64,000 bases of DNA, from IMG/VR virus record IMGVR_UViG_3300047509_000085, positions 5,620 through 69,619 of that record; one strand, written 5' to 3'. Positions 21,087 through 30,918 of the stretch are shown here, piece by piece; position 1 is the stretch's first letter; every line of letters begins with the position of its first letter. Under the pieces are notes generated by a model, which saw nothing but the letters and a program-made list of their open reading frames with translations, was not told the origin of the DNA and searched no databases. The position numbers were made by a program, and so were the translations under genes. Source of the DNA: a virus.

Positions 21087-21376
21087 GTCAAATGGCGCAA
21101 TCCCCGACATTGACCAGCTCCGGCACCTGGACGTTCACCGAGTCGGGCCTGTCGTTCCGCCTCACCGCGGCGCTCCGCGTGCGCCACGACGCCACCGGCA
21201 CGACGCTCGAACAGGCGTGGCAGTGCTTCGAGACCCGCGCCGTGCGGTGGATCGCAGTGCCCGACGATCACCCGCCGGCATCACTTGTTCGTGATGCCAA
21301 TGAGGCGTTCGGCGGCACCATCGACCAGGAGGGCGTACCAGTTGTGGCCTCTGCAACCGGGCCGGATGTCGGCTGA
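21083..21376 (+). CDS. hypothetical protein
   Basis: coupled to the upstream stop; LEQAWQ...VRWIAVP. Confidence 0.5.
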   Translation: MSQMAQSPTLTSSGTWTFTESGLSFRLTAALRVRHDATGTTLEQAWQCFETRAVRWIAVPDDHPPASLVRDANEAFGGTIDQEGVPVVASATGPDVG

Positions 21377-21441
21377 TCGGCTCGGGAATGCGATCAAACG
21401 TCCGTTTTCTCCCCTATCTATACATCTGTAACTCTTTATTA

Positions 21442-22155
21442 TCAGTCGGTTAGCTCGGTATAGGGGTCTTTTAGTGGGATAGCCGACGGCGGGGTGTATA
21501 TACCGGCTTTTTCTGCCTTCCGAAGTAGATGCAGGATTGACGAAGCATGCCAGCGTGTTCCTCCGCGCGGGGTATGCTGCCCCATTACCTCAAGCTGACG
21601 GGCGATCTCTTGTAGCGTTCGGTCCTGGTTCGATGCTCGTATGCCAGCGATTACTCGTATCAGACGCTCATCGCTGTCTTTGCGAGCGGCACGGTCTAAG
21701 ACGGAAGCATCTGTCCAACCTTCGGCCACTAACCGCCGCACTGATCGCCGCAACCGTTCAACTGTCCATTTAGGCCCTGGTCGTAGGTTCAAGGTCTTGG
21801 TCACATCGGCCCATGGCCAGGCTGGACGCATACGCTCGACGGTTGGTAGCCAACGGCTCATACCATCAAGCAGCTTCTTACGCTCAACCGCGTCGCGTCC
21901 CTCACGCACCTTGCGGATTGCTTCCGGGTCTTTAGCTCGCAAGCCGGGATTACCGCCGATACGGCCCTGGGCTCGCGCTCGGGCAAGCCCAGCAATGGTG
22001 AGTGCGGTGTGTTCTGCATCCCAAACCGTGCCATGGATCAATCCATGGCATCGATTGCAGAGCCAGATCATGGGCGAACCAGAGCCGCCGATGTGGTGCT
22101 TGTCGTTGCCGACGTTGTGGCAGCCGATGACTGCGCATGTAGGGTTCTTTGCCAT
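21442..22155 (-). CDS. serine-recombinase-related protein lacking the catalytic domain, with an N-terminal HNH-like Zn finger
   Basis: LCNRCHGLIH; TIAGLARARAQGRIGGNP; TLQEIARQL...TPRGGTRWHASSI. Confidence 0.6.
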   Translation of the reverse strand: MAKNPTCAVIGCHNVGNDKHHIGGSGSPMIWLCNRCHGLIHGTVWDAEHTALTIAGLARARAQGRIGGNPGLRAKDPEAIRKVREGRDAVERKKLLDGMSRWLPTVERMRPAWPWADVTKTLNLRPGPKWTVERLRRSVRRLVAEGWTDASVLDRAARKDSDERLIRVIAGIRASNQDRTLQEIARQLEVMGQHTPRGGTRWHASSILHLLRKAEKAGIYTPPSAIPLKDPYTELTD

Positions 22156-22232
22156 GGCGCAGTGTGGACTATCAAACGCCGTTTGGTGATGCACTCTTAC
22201 GGATGATGCTCACAATCGTGCTAACCTGCGCC

Positions 22233-22505
22233 ATGCCTCGCGCACCGATCAGCCGCATACCGCGCCAGCTCGCCGACCTCCCCGACATGGATGGCTTATC
22301 CGACCTCGACGACCCCGTGCTGATGCAGGAGATCGCCGATGCAATTCTTGACGCCTTCTCGGAACTGCATCCAGACATCAAGATGAACCGCGCGCAGTGG
22401 GCCGACTTGTCCGAGATGATCCAGCGCGAGGTGGCGGGAATGCTGGGCAGTTCGGAGGCTAGACTGAACGGCACAGCCCCCTACGCCCGCGATCTGCTAT
22501 CGTAA
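22233..22505 (+). CDS. hypothetical protein
   Basis: ORF ending just before the terminase start. Confidence 0.45.
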   Translation: MPRAPISRIPRQLADLPDMDGLSDLDDPVLMQEIADAILDAFSELHPDIKMNRAQWADLSEMIQREVAGMLGSSEARLNGTAPYARDLLS

Positions 22506-22508
22506 CGC

Positions 22509-24149
22509 ATGACTGTGCCCGTCTTCACCCAGTCCGACCTCGACGCCATCGCCAGCGCGTGCGCCACGTTCCCCATCGCCGATATCGAGCGGGCGGCAAC
22601 GCGGGCGCTTTGTGAAGGCTCGCTGCTGGAGTTCATCCGGGCGCACTGGCATGTGGTCGAGCCTGGGCGGCCGTTCGTGGATAATTGGCATCTCCATGCG
22701 CTGTGCGAACACCTCGAAGCGGTCACTGACGGGCGCATATCGCGGGTGCTGTTCAACGTGCCACCTGGCGCGATGAAGTCACTCACCGTCAACGTGTTCT
22801 GGCCGGCGTGGGAGTGGGGTCCGCGCAATATGCCGTATCTTCGTTACCTCTCCGCGTCCTACTCGGAAGACCTGACCGTCCGCGACAATCGGCGATGCCG
22901 CGCCATCATCGGCAGCGAGCTTTACCAATCGCTATGGGCCGACCGGGTGAAGATCGACCCGAACCAGGACGCGACCGGCAACTATGCCACGATGGCGAAG
23001 GGCTGGCGCATTGCAACGTCGGTCGGGGGCGTGGGCACTGGCGAGCGAGCCGACCGCATCATTGTAGACGATCCGCATTCGGTGAAGACGGCAGACAGCG
23101 AGATCGTCCGCAAGGCGACGCTGTTGTGGTGGAATGAAGTGATGCCGACCCGACTCAACGATCCTGCAACCAGCGCCATGATCGTGATTATGCAGAGGGT
23201 GCATGAAGAGGATGTGGCCGGCTCCATCATCAGCGGCGAGCAGCCATGGGCGCATGTCATGGTGGAGATGCGCTTCGATCCGAGGCTGCCGCATCGCAAG
23301 ACGCTGATCGGCTGGCAGGATCCGCGAACGGAGGATGGCGAGCTTTACTGGCCGGAGCGGTTTCCCGAGTGGGTTGTCGACCGTGACGAGCGGATCATGG
23401 GGCCGTTCGCGGTGGCAGCGCAGCACCAGCAGTCGCCATCGCCACGGGGCGGCGGAATATTGCGCCTCGACTGGTGGCGCTGCTGGCCCGAGGAGAGCGA
23501 AGCCGATAGCTGGACGCGCGAGGTTGAGGATGAGAACGGGAAGGTAGTTCTACGTACGTTGTTTCCCGATTTCGAGTTCATCCTTGTGTCGATCGACACC
23601 GCGTATACCGAGCGTCAGGTCAATGACTGGAGTGCGTGCACGGTCTGGGGACTGTTCACCGATCGCGTGCGTCGGCCTCGCATTATGCTGGTTGAGGCAT
23701 GGCGAGAGCGTCTTGAACTTCACGAACTGGTCGAGCGGGTGCGGGCGACATGCACGCGGCGGAAGGCGGACGCGCTGCTGATCGAGGCGAAGGCGTCGGG
23801 GTTGTCCGTGATCCAGGAGGTTCGACGGCTGACGCGAGAGGACGAATACCAGGTGATCGGCATAGACCCGAAGGGTGACAAGGTGGCGCGGGTTCATGCC
23901 ATCGTGCCGATGTTCAGCGGCGGGCTGATCTTCGCGCCGAAGCGGCGTTGGGCTGACGTGGTGATGGAGGAATGCGCTCAGTTCCCGCGTGGGCGACACG
24001 ATGATTTTGTTGATGCCACATCACAAGCTCTCGGCTACATGAGACGGACAGGCTTGGCTCAGTTGGTGGGTGAAGTAGAACGCGACGAAGAAGAAGCGCT
24101 CACCTTTAGGGGACAGCGGCAGACCGTGGCCACGGCTTACGGCCTTTAG
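22509..24149 (+). CDS. terL: terminase large subunit
   Basis: Walker A NVPPGAMKS, Walker B IIVDDPH, nuclease SIDTA...IEAKASG...HDDFVDA. Confidence 0.95.
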   Translation: MTVPVFTQSDLDAIASACATFPIADIERAATRALCEGSLLEFIRAHWHVVEPGRPFVDNWHLHALCEHLEAVTDGRISRVLFNVPPGAMKSLTVNVFWPAWEWGPRNMPYLRYLSASYSEDLTVRDNRRCRAIIGSELYQSLWADRVKIDPNQDATGNYATMAKGWRIATSVGGVGTGERADRIIVDDPHSVKTADSEIVRKATLLWWNEVMPTRLNDPATSAMIVIMQRVHEEDVAGSIISGEQPWAHVMVEMRFDPRLPHRKTLIGWQDPRTEDGELYWPERFPEWVVDRDERIMGPFAVAAQHQQSPSPRGGGILRLDWWRCWPEESEADSWTREVEDENGKVVLRTLFPDFEFILVSIDTAYTERQVNDWSACTVWGLFTDRVRRPRIMLVEAWRERLELHELVERVRATCTRRKADALLIEAKASGLSVIQEVRRLTREDEYQVIGIDPKGDKVARVHAIVPMFSGGLIFAPKRRWADVVMEECAQFPRGRHDDFVDATSQALGYMRRTGLAQLVGEVERDEEEALTFRGQRQTVATAYGL

Positions 24150-24546
24150 AGTTCTGGCCTTTGACCCAATTACCAGCGTGCGGGAATGTGCCGTGTCGTC
24201 TGGCATCGTCGATGTTATCGGCTCTTGTGCCGTAGCAGAGATTGTCGAGCCTGGGGTTAGCGCGGTTGCCGTCACCATGCCGCACCTCGTGGCCGGGCGG
24301 AGGCGGACCGATGAACGTCAGCGCCACGAGAACATGGACATAGGTGTAGCGGGTTTTGCCGTCGCGCCGCAGCGAGACGCGAGGGTATCCGTCGCCTGGG
24401 TTGGGGGATGCTTTGAGCGGTTTCGCTTTGTGGAAGCGGACCTTGCCGTTGTGCTCTACGACTTGGCGCGCGAGGCTCCGCATGCGACCGAAGCTGGACA
24501 CCTCATAGCCGGGAAACCCTGCGGCAGCTCGCCAGATTTCGACCAT
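24106..24546 (-). CDS. NUMOD4-HNH homing endonuclease
   Basis: EIWRAAAGFPGYEVSSFGRMRS...VHVLVALTF...HGDGNRANPRLDNL. Confidence 0.9.
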   Translation of the reverse strand: MVEIWRAAAGFPGYEVSSFGRMRSLARQVVEHNGKVRFHKAKPLKASPNPGDGYPRVSLRRDGKTRYTYVHVLVALTFIGPPPPGHEVRHGDGNRANPRLDNLCYGTRADNIDDARRHGTFPHAGNWVKGQNSKGRKPWPRSAAVP

Positions 24547-24602
24547 TGCGCATAGTAGGGTGACGGCGCGATAGTGTCCACACAAGACTGATGAGGTGGG
24601 CT

Positions 24603-24962
24603 ATGACCGAGCCGGCATCGGATATGATTGAGCGAGTGGCGCGTGCGATCCACGATGCGGAGTGTTCGTGTGGCTGCTGGCGTGAGCCGAGCAAGGTGTG
24701 GCGCGAGCGTGGGCTTGTATCGCCATACGATCTGGCGGCGAACCTGTATCACAGTCCGGATCAGATAGAGGACTGGGTAGCGGCTGCGCGTGCTGCGATT
24801 GCAGCGATGCGCGAGCCGACTGAGGCGATGTTTATGAGAGGCGGGAATGTCGAGCCGTACAACCGGGCGCAGACTGGACGGATGCTCGGCAAGCGGATTG
24901 GAGACCTGCCGGCGCGGGACTGCTGGCGGATTATGATTGACTGGGCGTTAGCGCCCTACTGA
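24603..24962 (+). CDS. hypothetical phage protein
   Basis: MIERVARAI...ARAAIAAMREPTEAM family motif. Confidence 0.65.
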   Translation: MTEPASDMIERVARAIHDAECSCGCWREPSKVWRERGLVSPYDLAANLYHSPDQIEDWVAAARAAIAAMREPTEAMFMRGGNVEPYNRAQTGRMLGKRIGDLPARDCWRIMIDWALAPY

Positions 24963-24969
24963 ATCACCA

Positions 24970-24991
24970 AGGGCGCCATTGCTGGCGCCCT
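24970..24991. terminator. hairpin between convergent genes
   Basis: AGGGCGCCA-TTGC-TGGCGCCCT. Confidence 0.5.
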
Positions 24992-25023
24992 GGTGTAGCC
25001 TCGGTTACCGATAATTACCGTGC

Positions 25024-25428
25024 TCAGGCGTTCATGCGTGGCCCGGCGGCGGGTGGTGTGGGCGGCGGGGCAGGTGGCGGCATCCGCGTTGCTGCTGCGG
25101 GACCGGCTGCCGGCGCTGGTGCGTTGGCGCGTGCCTCGGCGATCGCGGTGTCTGCACTGGCGCGAGCGGCGGCCACGGCGGCATCGGCGTCAGCCTTCAC
25201 GCGCTCATTCTCGGCGGCCATGCGATCGGCTTCGGCCTTGGCGGAGGCTGCGGCGGCGTCGGCCATGATCTGCACGTCGGCGGCGTGAGCGTTGACCTTG
25301 GCCATGGCGTCCATGTGGGCGTTGGTAACGACGCCACCGGGCTTGTGGGACGTGACGATGGCTTTGACGTGGTTGGCGAGTTGGCCGGCGGCGGCGGAGA
25401 GTGCGTTGAGATCGTCGTGTAGGGGCAT
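25024..25428 (-). CDS. Ala-rich coiled-coil hypothetical protein
   Basis: RBS GGAGG; Pro-rich tail. Confidence 0.6.
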   Translation of the reverse strand: MPLHDDLNALSAAAGQLANHVKAIVTSHKPGGVVTNAHMDAMAKVNAHAADVQIMADAAAASAKAEADRMAAENERVKADADAAVAAARASADTAIAEARANAPAPAAGPAAATRMPPPAPPPTPPAAGPRMNA

Positions 25429-25460
25429 GGTGGTTTCCTCCTGCTATTGCAGCGCGCGGC

Positions 25461-25790
25461 TTACGCCTTGGCGACGGCCGGGCCGAGATTCAACGTCACG
25501 ACGGAGGCGAGGTTCGCGGGATCGACGGTGACGATGATATCTTCCGATACGCCTGTGATGGTGACGATGCCTGCGCCGAGGTCTGCATCGGCGGTGACGG
25601 TCAGGCGGGCGGTGCCGGGCGCGACGCAGGGAGCGACGGCGGACATGCCATCGGCGGCTGCGGTGACGTTGACGATGGTGGCGTCGGAGGTTGCCCAGAC
25701 GGGCACGCCGTCGACGGTGGCGGGGACGCCTGCCGCGTTGGTGATGGCGAGGGTGACGTTGAACTGCTGGGTGTTGAAGGCGTTGGCCAT
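25461..25790 (-). CDS. Ig-like (beta-sandwich) domain protein
   Basis: VWATSDATIVNV...GTARLTVTA Ig-like pattern; RBS AGGAG. Confidence 0.6.
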   Translation of the reverse strand: MANAFNTQQFNVTLAITNAAGVPATVDGVPVWATSDATIVNVTAAADGMSAVAPCVAPGTARLTVTADADLGAGIVTITGVSEDIIVTVDPANLASVVTLNLGPAVAKA

Positions 25791-25811
25791 GGGTGTGGCT
25801 CCTGTTGGTGG

Positions 25812-26210
25812 CTACGGCTGGGTCTTCGCAGTCGGTTCGCCGAGTGAGACCGACAGGGTTGTGGCTTGCTGCGCCGTGAACAGTGCCACGGCGGCGTCGA
25901 GATCGGTTTCCTCGCCCTGGAGTTCGGAGAACAGGGCGGGCGGGATGGGTGCGGAGGGGAGCGCCGGATATCCGTCGTTGGCGAGTGCGTTCAGGGCCTG
26001 GACGGCGCCGTCGAGCCATTGGATGACGGTGGATATGAGATCGCGGCGGCGTTCGCGTTCGGCGATCTGGGTGGCGATTTCGGCTTTGAGATCGGGGGAG
26101 ATGGAGACGGCGGCGAGATCGTGGAGGCCGCGGATCTGGGGAGCCAGAACCTGGAGCGCCGCGGTCAGTTCGGCGCGGAGTGCTGGGTTCGGATCGTCGG
26201 CCATGGGCAT
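25812..26210 (-). CDS. hypothetical protein
   Basis: first gene of the reverse trio. Confidence 0.6.
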   Translation of the reverse strand: MPMADDPNPALRAELTAALQVLAPQIRGLHDLAAVSISPDLKAEIATQIAERERRRDLISTVIQWLDGAVQALNALANDGYPALPSAPIPPALFSELQGEETDLDAAVALFTAQQATTLSVSLGEPTAKTQP

Positions 26211-26396
26211 CCCTTGAGGGTGTGCCGACCGACGCGGTGCGGGCTTGTGTCTCGCCTAGGTGGCAAGTCTCACGGACTATACAACCCGCGCATAAATTAT
26301 GCTAGTGTGACCAACGGCTTCTGCACCGCGTCGGTCGGGTAGCCACAACCAGCAACCTTCTCCGCGTCGGTGAGGTGGCAGACTGATCGGTGCGCA

Positions 26397-28763
26397 ATGC
26401 CCGACGGCATGTCTATCAGAAGCCGGCAGCTCAATCATTCGGCGAACCCGCGCGAGGGGTTCGGCATGGGCGCGGCGCCGCCGGGCGGCGAGCCGCTGAC
26501 GGCGGCGACGATTGAGATTGACGACGACGGCGGGGTGACGATCAAGGCGCCGGTGGCGGCGAAGGCGAACCGCCCGAAGCCCGACTCCTTCAGCAAGAAC
26601 CTGGCGATGGAGGAGGACATTGCGCTGGCGTCGCTGGCGGAGGAAATCCTGGCCGGCATTGAGGCGGACCAGCAATCGCGCAAAATGTGGATCGAGAACT
26701 ACAATGACGGCCTCGATCTGCTGGGCCTGACGATTGAGGACGCCAAGAGCACCAAGAGCGGGCCGGCGAGCAAGATTGGGCATCCGCTGTTGTTGGGTGC
26801 TGTCATCAAGGCGCAGTCGGCGGCATCGGCGGAACTGCTGCCATCGGGCGGCCCGTGCAAGATCGCAACGCGGGATGGTGACGACCAGGGCAGCGACGAA
26901 CTGGCGCAGGCGCTGGAGTCGGATCTCAACTGGTACATCACGACGGGCAGCCCGGAGTTCTATCCCAATCTGGATCGTGGGCTGTTCGGGTTGTTTCTGA
27001 ACGGGAACTTGTTTCGCAAGGTCTATGAGCACCCGGTGAAGCGCCGGCCGGTGGCGGAGACGGTCGAGGTATCGGACCTGATCGTATCAGAGGATGCGGA
27101 CGATCTGGAAACTGCGGTGCGGGTGACGCATCGGGCGGAGATGTCGCGGTCGGCTGTGAAGCGGATGCAATGGAAGGGGGTATGGCGGGACATTGATCTC
27201 GCGTATCCGATGCCGATTGCGTCGAGCGAACAGAAGAAGCGCCAAGAGGTGCAGGGCACCACGAGTATCAGCCTGCGCCCGCAGGACATGAGTTACACGA
27301 TATTGGAGACCACGACGGACCTCGATCTATCCGATTACGGGTATGAGGACCCGCACGCGCCGGATGATTTGCCGGTGAGCTACATTGTGACGATCGACAA
27401 GGACAGCCGGCAGGTATTGGACATTCGGCGGGGCTGGAAGGCGGACGACGAGGAGTTTCAGCGCAAGCAGCGTTTCGTGCATTACATGATGATCCCGGCG
27501 CTGGGTTTTCTGTGCCTGGGTCATTTGCACCTGCTGGGCAACCAGACGAAGGCGTTGCGGGCCATCTGGCGCATCCTCGTCACCCTTGGGATGTACGGTT
27601 CGGCCCCGGCCGGTATCAAGGCGAAGAGCCTGCGGATGGGCACGAACGAGATCAACCCGCAGCCGGGTGAGTTCGTGGACATCGACGTGGGTCCGTTCGA
27701 CGACATATCCAAAGCGATCATGCCGTTTCCGTATAAGGACTTGTCGCAGGTGTTCGTGGCGTTTGCGGACAGCATCGGCAAGGAGAGCGGGAACCTGAGC
27801 AGTGCGGCTGATATGCCGGTTGGCGAGTCGCGTGTGGACATTCCGGTCGGCACGATCCTGGCGATGATCGAGCAGGCGACGCAGATGGCGAGCGCCATCC
27901 ATAAGCGGCTGTATCGGGCGCAGGCTAGAGAGCTACAACTCCTCAAAGAATGTTTCGCTGAAAACCCGGAGGCGTTGTGGAAATTGAACCGGAAGCCGGC
28001 GCGGAAGTGGCAGAGTGCCGAGGAGTTTGCTGACACCGACCTGGTGCCGGCGAGCGACCCGAATGTGCCGTCACAGATCCACCGGATCATGCTGGCGACG
28101 GCGATGGTGACGCTGGCGGGGCAGAACCCGGACATCTACGACCGGGTGAAGGTGCATGACCGCGCGTGGAAGAGCATTGGGGTGAATGATGCGGACACGT
28201 TCCTGCATGAGCCGGACCCGAATGCGGGCGGTGGCAAGCCCGGGCCGGCGCCGCCTGATCCGCTGATCGGGCAGGCGCGGATGCTGGAGGCGCAGGCGAA
28301 GATCCAGTCGGCGCAGAACGCGCAGACGGACAGCCAGCGGAAGGCGGCGACGGAGGCGATTGAGGCGCAGCACAGCGGGCAGGCGTTGGCGCAGGAGGGT
28401 CAGACGCGGGCGGCGGAGTTGGCGTCGGAGCGTCAGATCGAGGCGGCGCGTCTGGCGGTGGAGCAGGAGCGGTTGCGGATTGAGCAGGTGCGGGCGGGCG
28501 CGCAGCATGACCTGGCGACACGACAGGCGGCGCACGGTGCGGCGATGGATGTTGCGGGGCACCACCTCGCGGTAGCGCAGCACGGCCTCGACGTGGGGCA
28601 GGCGGCGGCGGAGCACCAGCGGGCGACGGACCAGCAGGAGCAGGACGCGACGAACGCCGAGCGCGAGCACGGGCGGGCGAAAGAGGAGCTCGGGATCAAG
28701 CGGAAGGTTGCGAACAAGCCGGTGCCGAAGCCGGCGGCGGCAAGACCGAGGGCGAAGAAATGA
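26397..28763 (+). CDS. portal protein
   Basis: size, position after terL, podovirus portal motifs (PVGTILAMIEQ...SAIHKRL), C-terminal coiled-coil barrel. Confidence 0.9.
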   Translation: MPDGMSIRSRQLNHSANPREGFGMGAAPPGGEPLTAATIEIDDDGGVTIKAPVAAKANRPKPDSFSKNLAMEEDIALASLAEEILAGIEADQQSRKMWIENYNDGLDLLGLTIEDAKSTKSGPASKIGHPLLLGAVIKAQSAASAELLPSGGPCKIATRDGDDQGSDELAQALESDLNWYITTGSPEFYPNLDRGLFGLFLNGNLFRKVYEHPVKRRPVAETVEVSDLIVSEDADDLETAVRVTHRAEMSRSAVKRMQWKGVWRDIDLAYPMPIASSEQKKRQEVQGTTSISLRPQDMSYTILETTTDLDLSDYGYEDPHAPDDLPVSYIVTIDKDSRQVLDIRRGWKADDEEFQRKQRFVHYMMIPALGFLCLGHLHLLGNQTKALRAIWRILVTLGMYGSAPAGIKAKSLRMGTNEINPQPGEFVDIDVGPFDDISKAIMPFPYKDLSQVFVAFADSIGKESGNLSSAADMPVGESRVDIPVGTILAMIEQATQMASAIHKRLYRAQARELQLLKECFAENPEALWKLNRKPARKWQSAEEFADTDLVPASDPNVPSQIHRIMLATAMVTLAGQNPDIYDRVKVHDRAWKSIGVNDADTFLHEPDPNAGGGKPGPAPPDPLIGQARMLEAQAKIQSAQNAQTDSQRKAATEAIEAQHSGQALAQEGQTRAAELASERQIEAARLAVEQERLRIEQVRAGAQHDLATRQAAHGAAMDVAGHHLAVAQHGLDVGQAAAEHQRATDQQEQDATNAEREHGRAKEELGIKRKVANKPVPKPAAARPRAKK

Positions 28764-28946
28764 GCGCCGCGAATCACACGTCTGCATACTCAGCCAGCCT
28801 GTCGCGCTCGGCTGTTAGCCAGTCCTCAACCGCATCCTGGATGTGCTGTGCCAGTTCCGCCTTGAGCAGGGCAGATGCCGCGGTTGGCAGAAAATACTCG
28901 GCAAGTTCATGGCACCTTGGATCATGACCGGACATTGTTTTCCCTT

Positions 28947-29243
28947 TCAATCCATTCGCGGAGTCTTGTTTCGGTTTTCGAGGCGAACTATAGCGTTAAT
29001 AGTAGTATCTCGGAGAGCGATTAAATCGTGCATCTTTAGAGCGTATGCGGTCATGTCTTCTCCGCCTGAGAATATCGTAAGGTCAAATGTGCCATTTCCA
29101 CAGTCCTTCATCTCAATGGCGATTTCGCCATCTTTGATGGTGGCAACGACTGCTCCATACCGCTGTGTTTCAAAGGCTGCCATGATGCGTTCCACCGACT
29201 GTGGTTTGCTTGATATAACCTTACGCAATGAGAGTAGTCGCAT
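28947..29243 (-). CDS. hypothetical protein (low-GC insert)
   Basis: antisense AT-richer ORF. Confidence 0.4.
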   Translation of the reverse strand: MRLLSLRKVISSKPQSVERIMAAFETQRYGAVVATIKDGEIAIEMKDCGNGTFDLTIFSGGEDMTAYALKMHDLIALRDTTINAIVRLENRNKTPRMD

Positions 29244-29278
29244 CGATGGAGGACTGCCAACCGAAGGAGCTGGCCATT

Positions 29279-29638
29279 ATGGCTGCTCGCCATAAAGCCA
29301 AAGCGATTGCGGCACTGAAGCGCGCCGGATATGCCGGCGGTGGTAGCGTTTATGCCGCTGACACCGGAACTGGTCTATCTGGCGATCCATTGTCCGAGAT
29401 GGACATGCCGGAGACTGTCCGGCAGGCAGCTATTGCGCGGGGTAGCTATCTAACACCCGAGCAATCCCGCCGATACGAAGCTGCGCGCAATGCTAAGATT
29501 TCCGCGCAAGAGAACATGAATCAGGCGCACGGCAGCGGCGGCCAGCGTTATACAGCGCCGGAACAAGCGACTGGCTATCCCGCGTTTCGACGTGGCGGCA
29601 AGCCGGTGCCGAAGCCGGCGGCGAGGAAGAAGCCATGA
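29279..29638 (+). CDS. small basic GG-motif protein (chimeric)
   Basis: AALKRAGYAGGG N-terminus shared with 30080; C-terminus shared with the portal. Confidence 0.6.
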   Translation: MAARHKAKAIAALKRAGYAGGGSVYAADTGTGLSGDPLSEMDMPETVRQAAIARGSYLTPEQSRRYEAARNAKISAQENMNQAHGSGGQRYTAPEQATGYPAFRRGGKPVPKPAARKKP

Positions 29639-30079
29639 TGCCGTGGCCGCTGTTCAATCGGTTTCTGGCGAACGGCCGGCAACTGAGGGCGGCGATAGCG
29701 GCTGGAACTGACACCAGGGAGATACTGGCAGAGCAGGCGGCGATCATGCGGGAATGGGATGAGGCTACTCCCGATGCGTGTGAGTCGACATGGAAAGGCG
29801 CGTTGCCACGGTGATCCCTGGCACACCATCGTTGACGGCGAGCGGCACGTATTGGCCGACGGTTCGGGTGTGGGCGCAGTTGGACAGCGGCGCGTGGATC
29901 ACGGTCGACAGCATGGATCGGCTGGACCCGTTGGGCGATGTGTCGCGGGCGATCTCGAACGTGGTGCAGGTGCGGCTGGAGCCGCCGGAGGGCATCCATG
30001 CTTAACCTGGAATTTTTCCAGGTAGAACCTGGAATGTGTTTGATAACAGTGCGTTGTACCTGGAAAAGTGAGAACTGAC

Positions 30080-30673
30080 ATGGCGACATCGAAGCATCGG
30101 GCCAAGGCTGACGCGGCACTGAAGCGTGCGGGCTACGCGACGGGCGGGGCGGTTGGTGCGGCCTCGCAGTGGCTGGGCGATGCGGCGCGGCGCAAGGTGG
30201 TGGCGGCGGAACCGGGCGGCTATGCGCGCGGCGGGGCGACGAAGCACAGTGACGCGGCGGAGGACCGGGCCATGGTCAAGAGCATGGTGAAGCCGGGGGC
30301 GCTGGAGGGCAGGGCCAGAGGCGGGGCAACGCGCGGGAAGCATTCGACTCATGTGAATGTTTTGGTCGCGCCGCAGGGCGGGCAGCAACCGCCGCCGCGA
30401 CCTGTCCCGGTGCCCGTACCTGCCGGCGGTCCTCCTGGCGCTGGCCTCGGTGCACCGCCCGGGATGCCGCCTGGCGGGCCACCGGGAATGCCGCCGCCTG
30501 GGTTGCGTCCACCGATGGGAGGGCCACCACCGGGGCTTGCTGGCGGTCTGCCACCGGGCGCTGGGCTGCCGATGGGGCGCAAGCGCGGCGGCAAGGTGGG
30601 CTATCCGCTCGACGACGGTGCCGGTGGTGGCGCGGGGCGGCTCGAGAAGATCAAGGCGTATGGCGGCCGGTAG
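30080..30673 (+). CDS. GG-motif, Pro/Gly-rich probable internal head protein
   Basis: YATGGAV, YARGGAT, RARGGAT, RKRGGKV. Confidence 0.7.
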   Translation: MATSKHRAKADAALKRAGYATGGAVGAASQWLGDAARRKVVAAEPGGYARGGATKHSDAAEDRAMVKSMVKPGALEGRARGGATRGKHSTHVNVLVAPQGGQQPPPRPVPVPVPAGGPPGAGLGAPPGMPPGGPPGMPPPGLRPPMGGPPPGLAGGLPPGAGLPMGRKRGGKVGYPLDDGAGGGAGRLEKIKAYGGR

Positions 30674-30675
30674 CG

Positions 30676-30918
30676 GTGGCGATCGCGGATGATCTGCGGC
30701 TGAGCTACCGGGATCCGGCACTCTGGAACCGGCTGGGGCCGCGGGTTGCGGCGCATGCGGCGGAGACCTCGGAGGGGATACTGACGCACAAGGCGAAGAC
30801 CTACGAGGACTACCGCGACCAGCTTGGCTACCTGCGGGCGCTGCGCTGGGTGATTGCCGAGGCGCGGGAGATGCAGCGGGCCGACGATGACGGGCGACCA
30901 ATGGGTGAGGACTGCTGA
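30676..30918 (+). CDS. hypothetical protein preceding GroES
   Basis: YEDYRDQLGYLRAL; operon packing. Confidence 0.65.
   Translation: MAIADDLRLSYRDPALWNRLGPRVAAHAAETSEGILTHKAKTYEDYRDQLGYLRALRWVIAEAREMQRADDDGRPMGEDC

Noticed and set aside
30400-30580. CCG/GGC-rich periodic tract
   Set aside because: Encodes Pro/Gly low-complexity peptide in frame; 3-nt not 5-nt period
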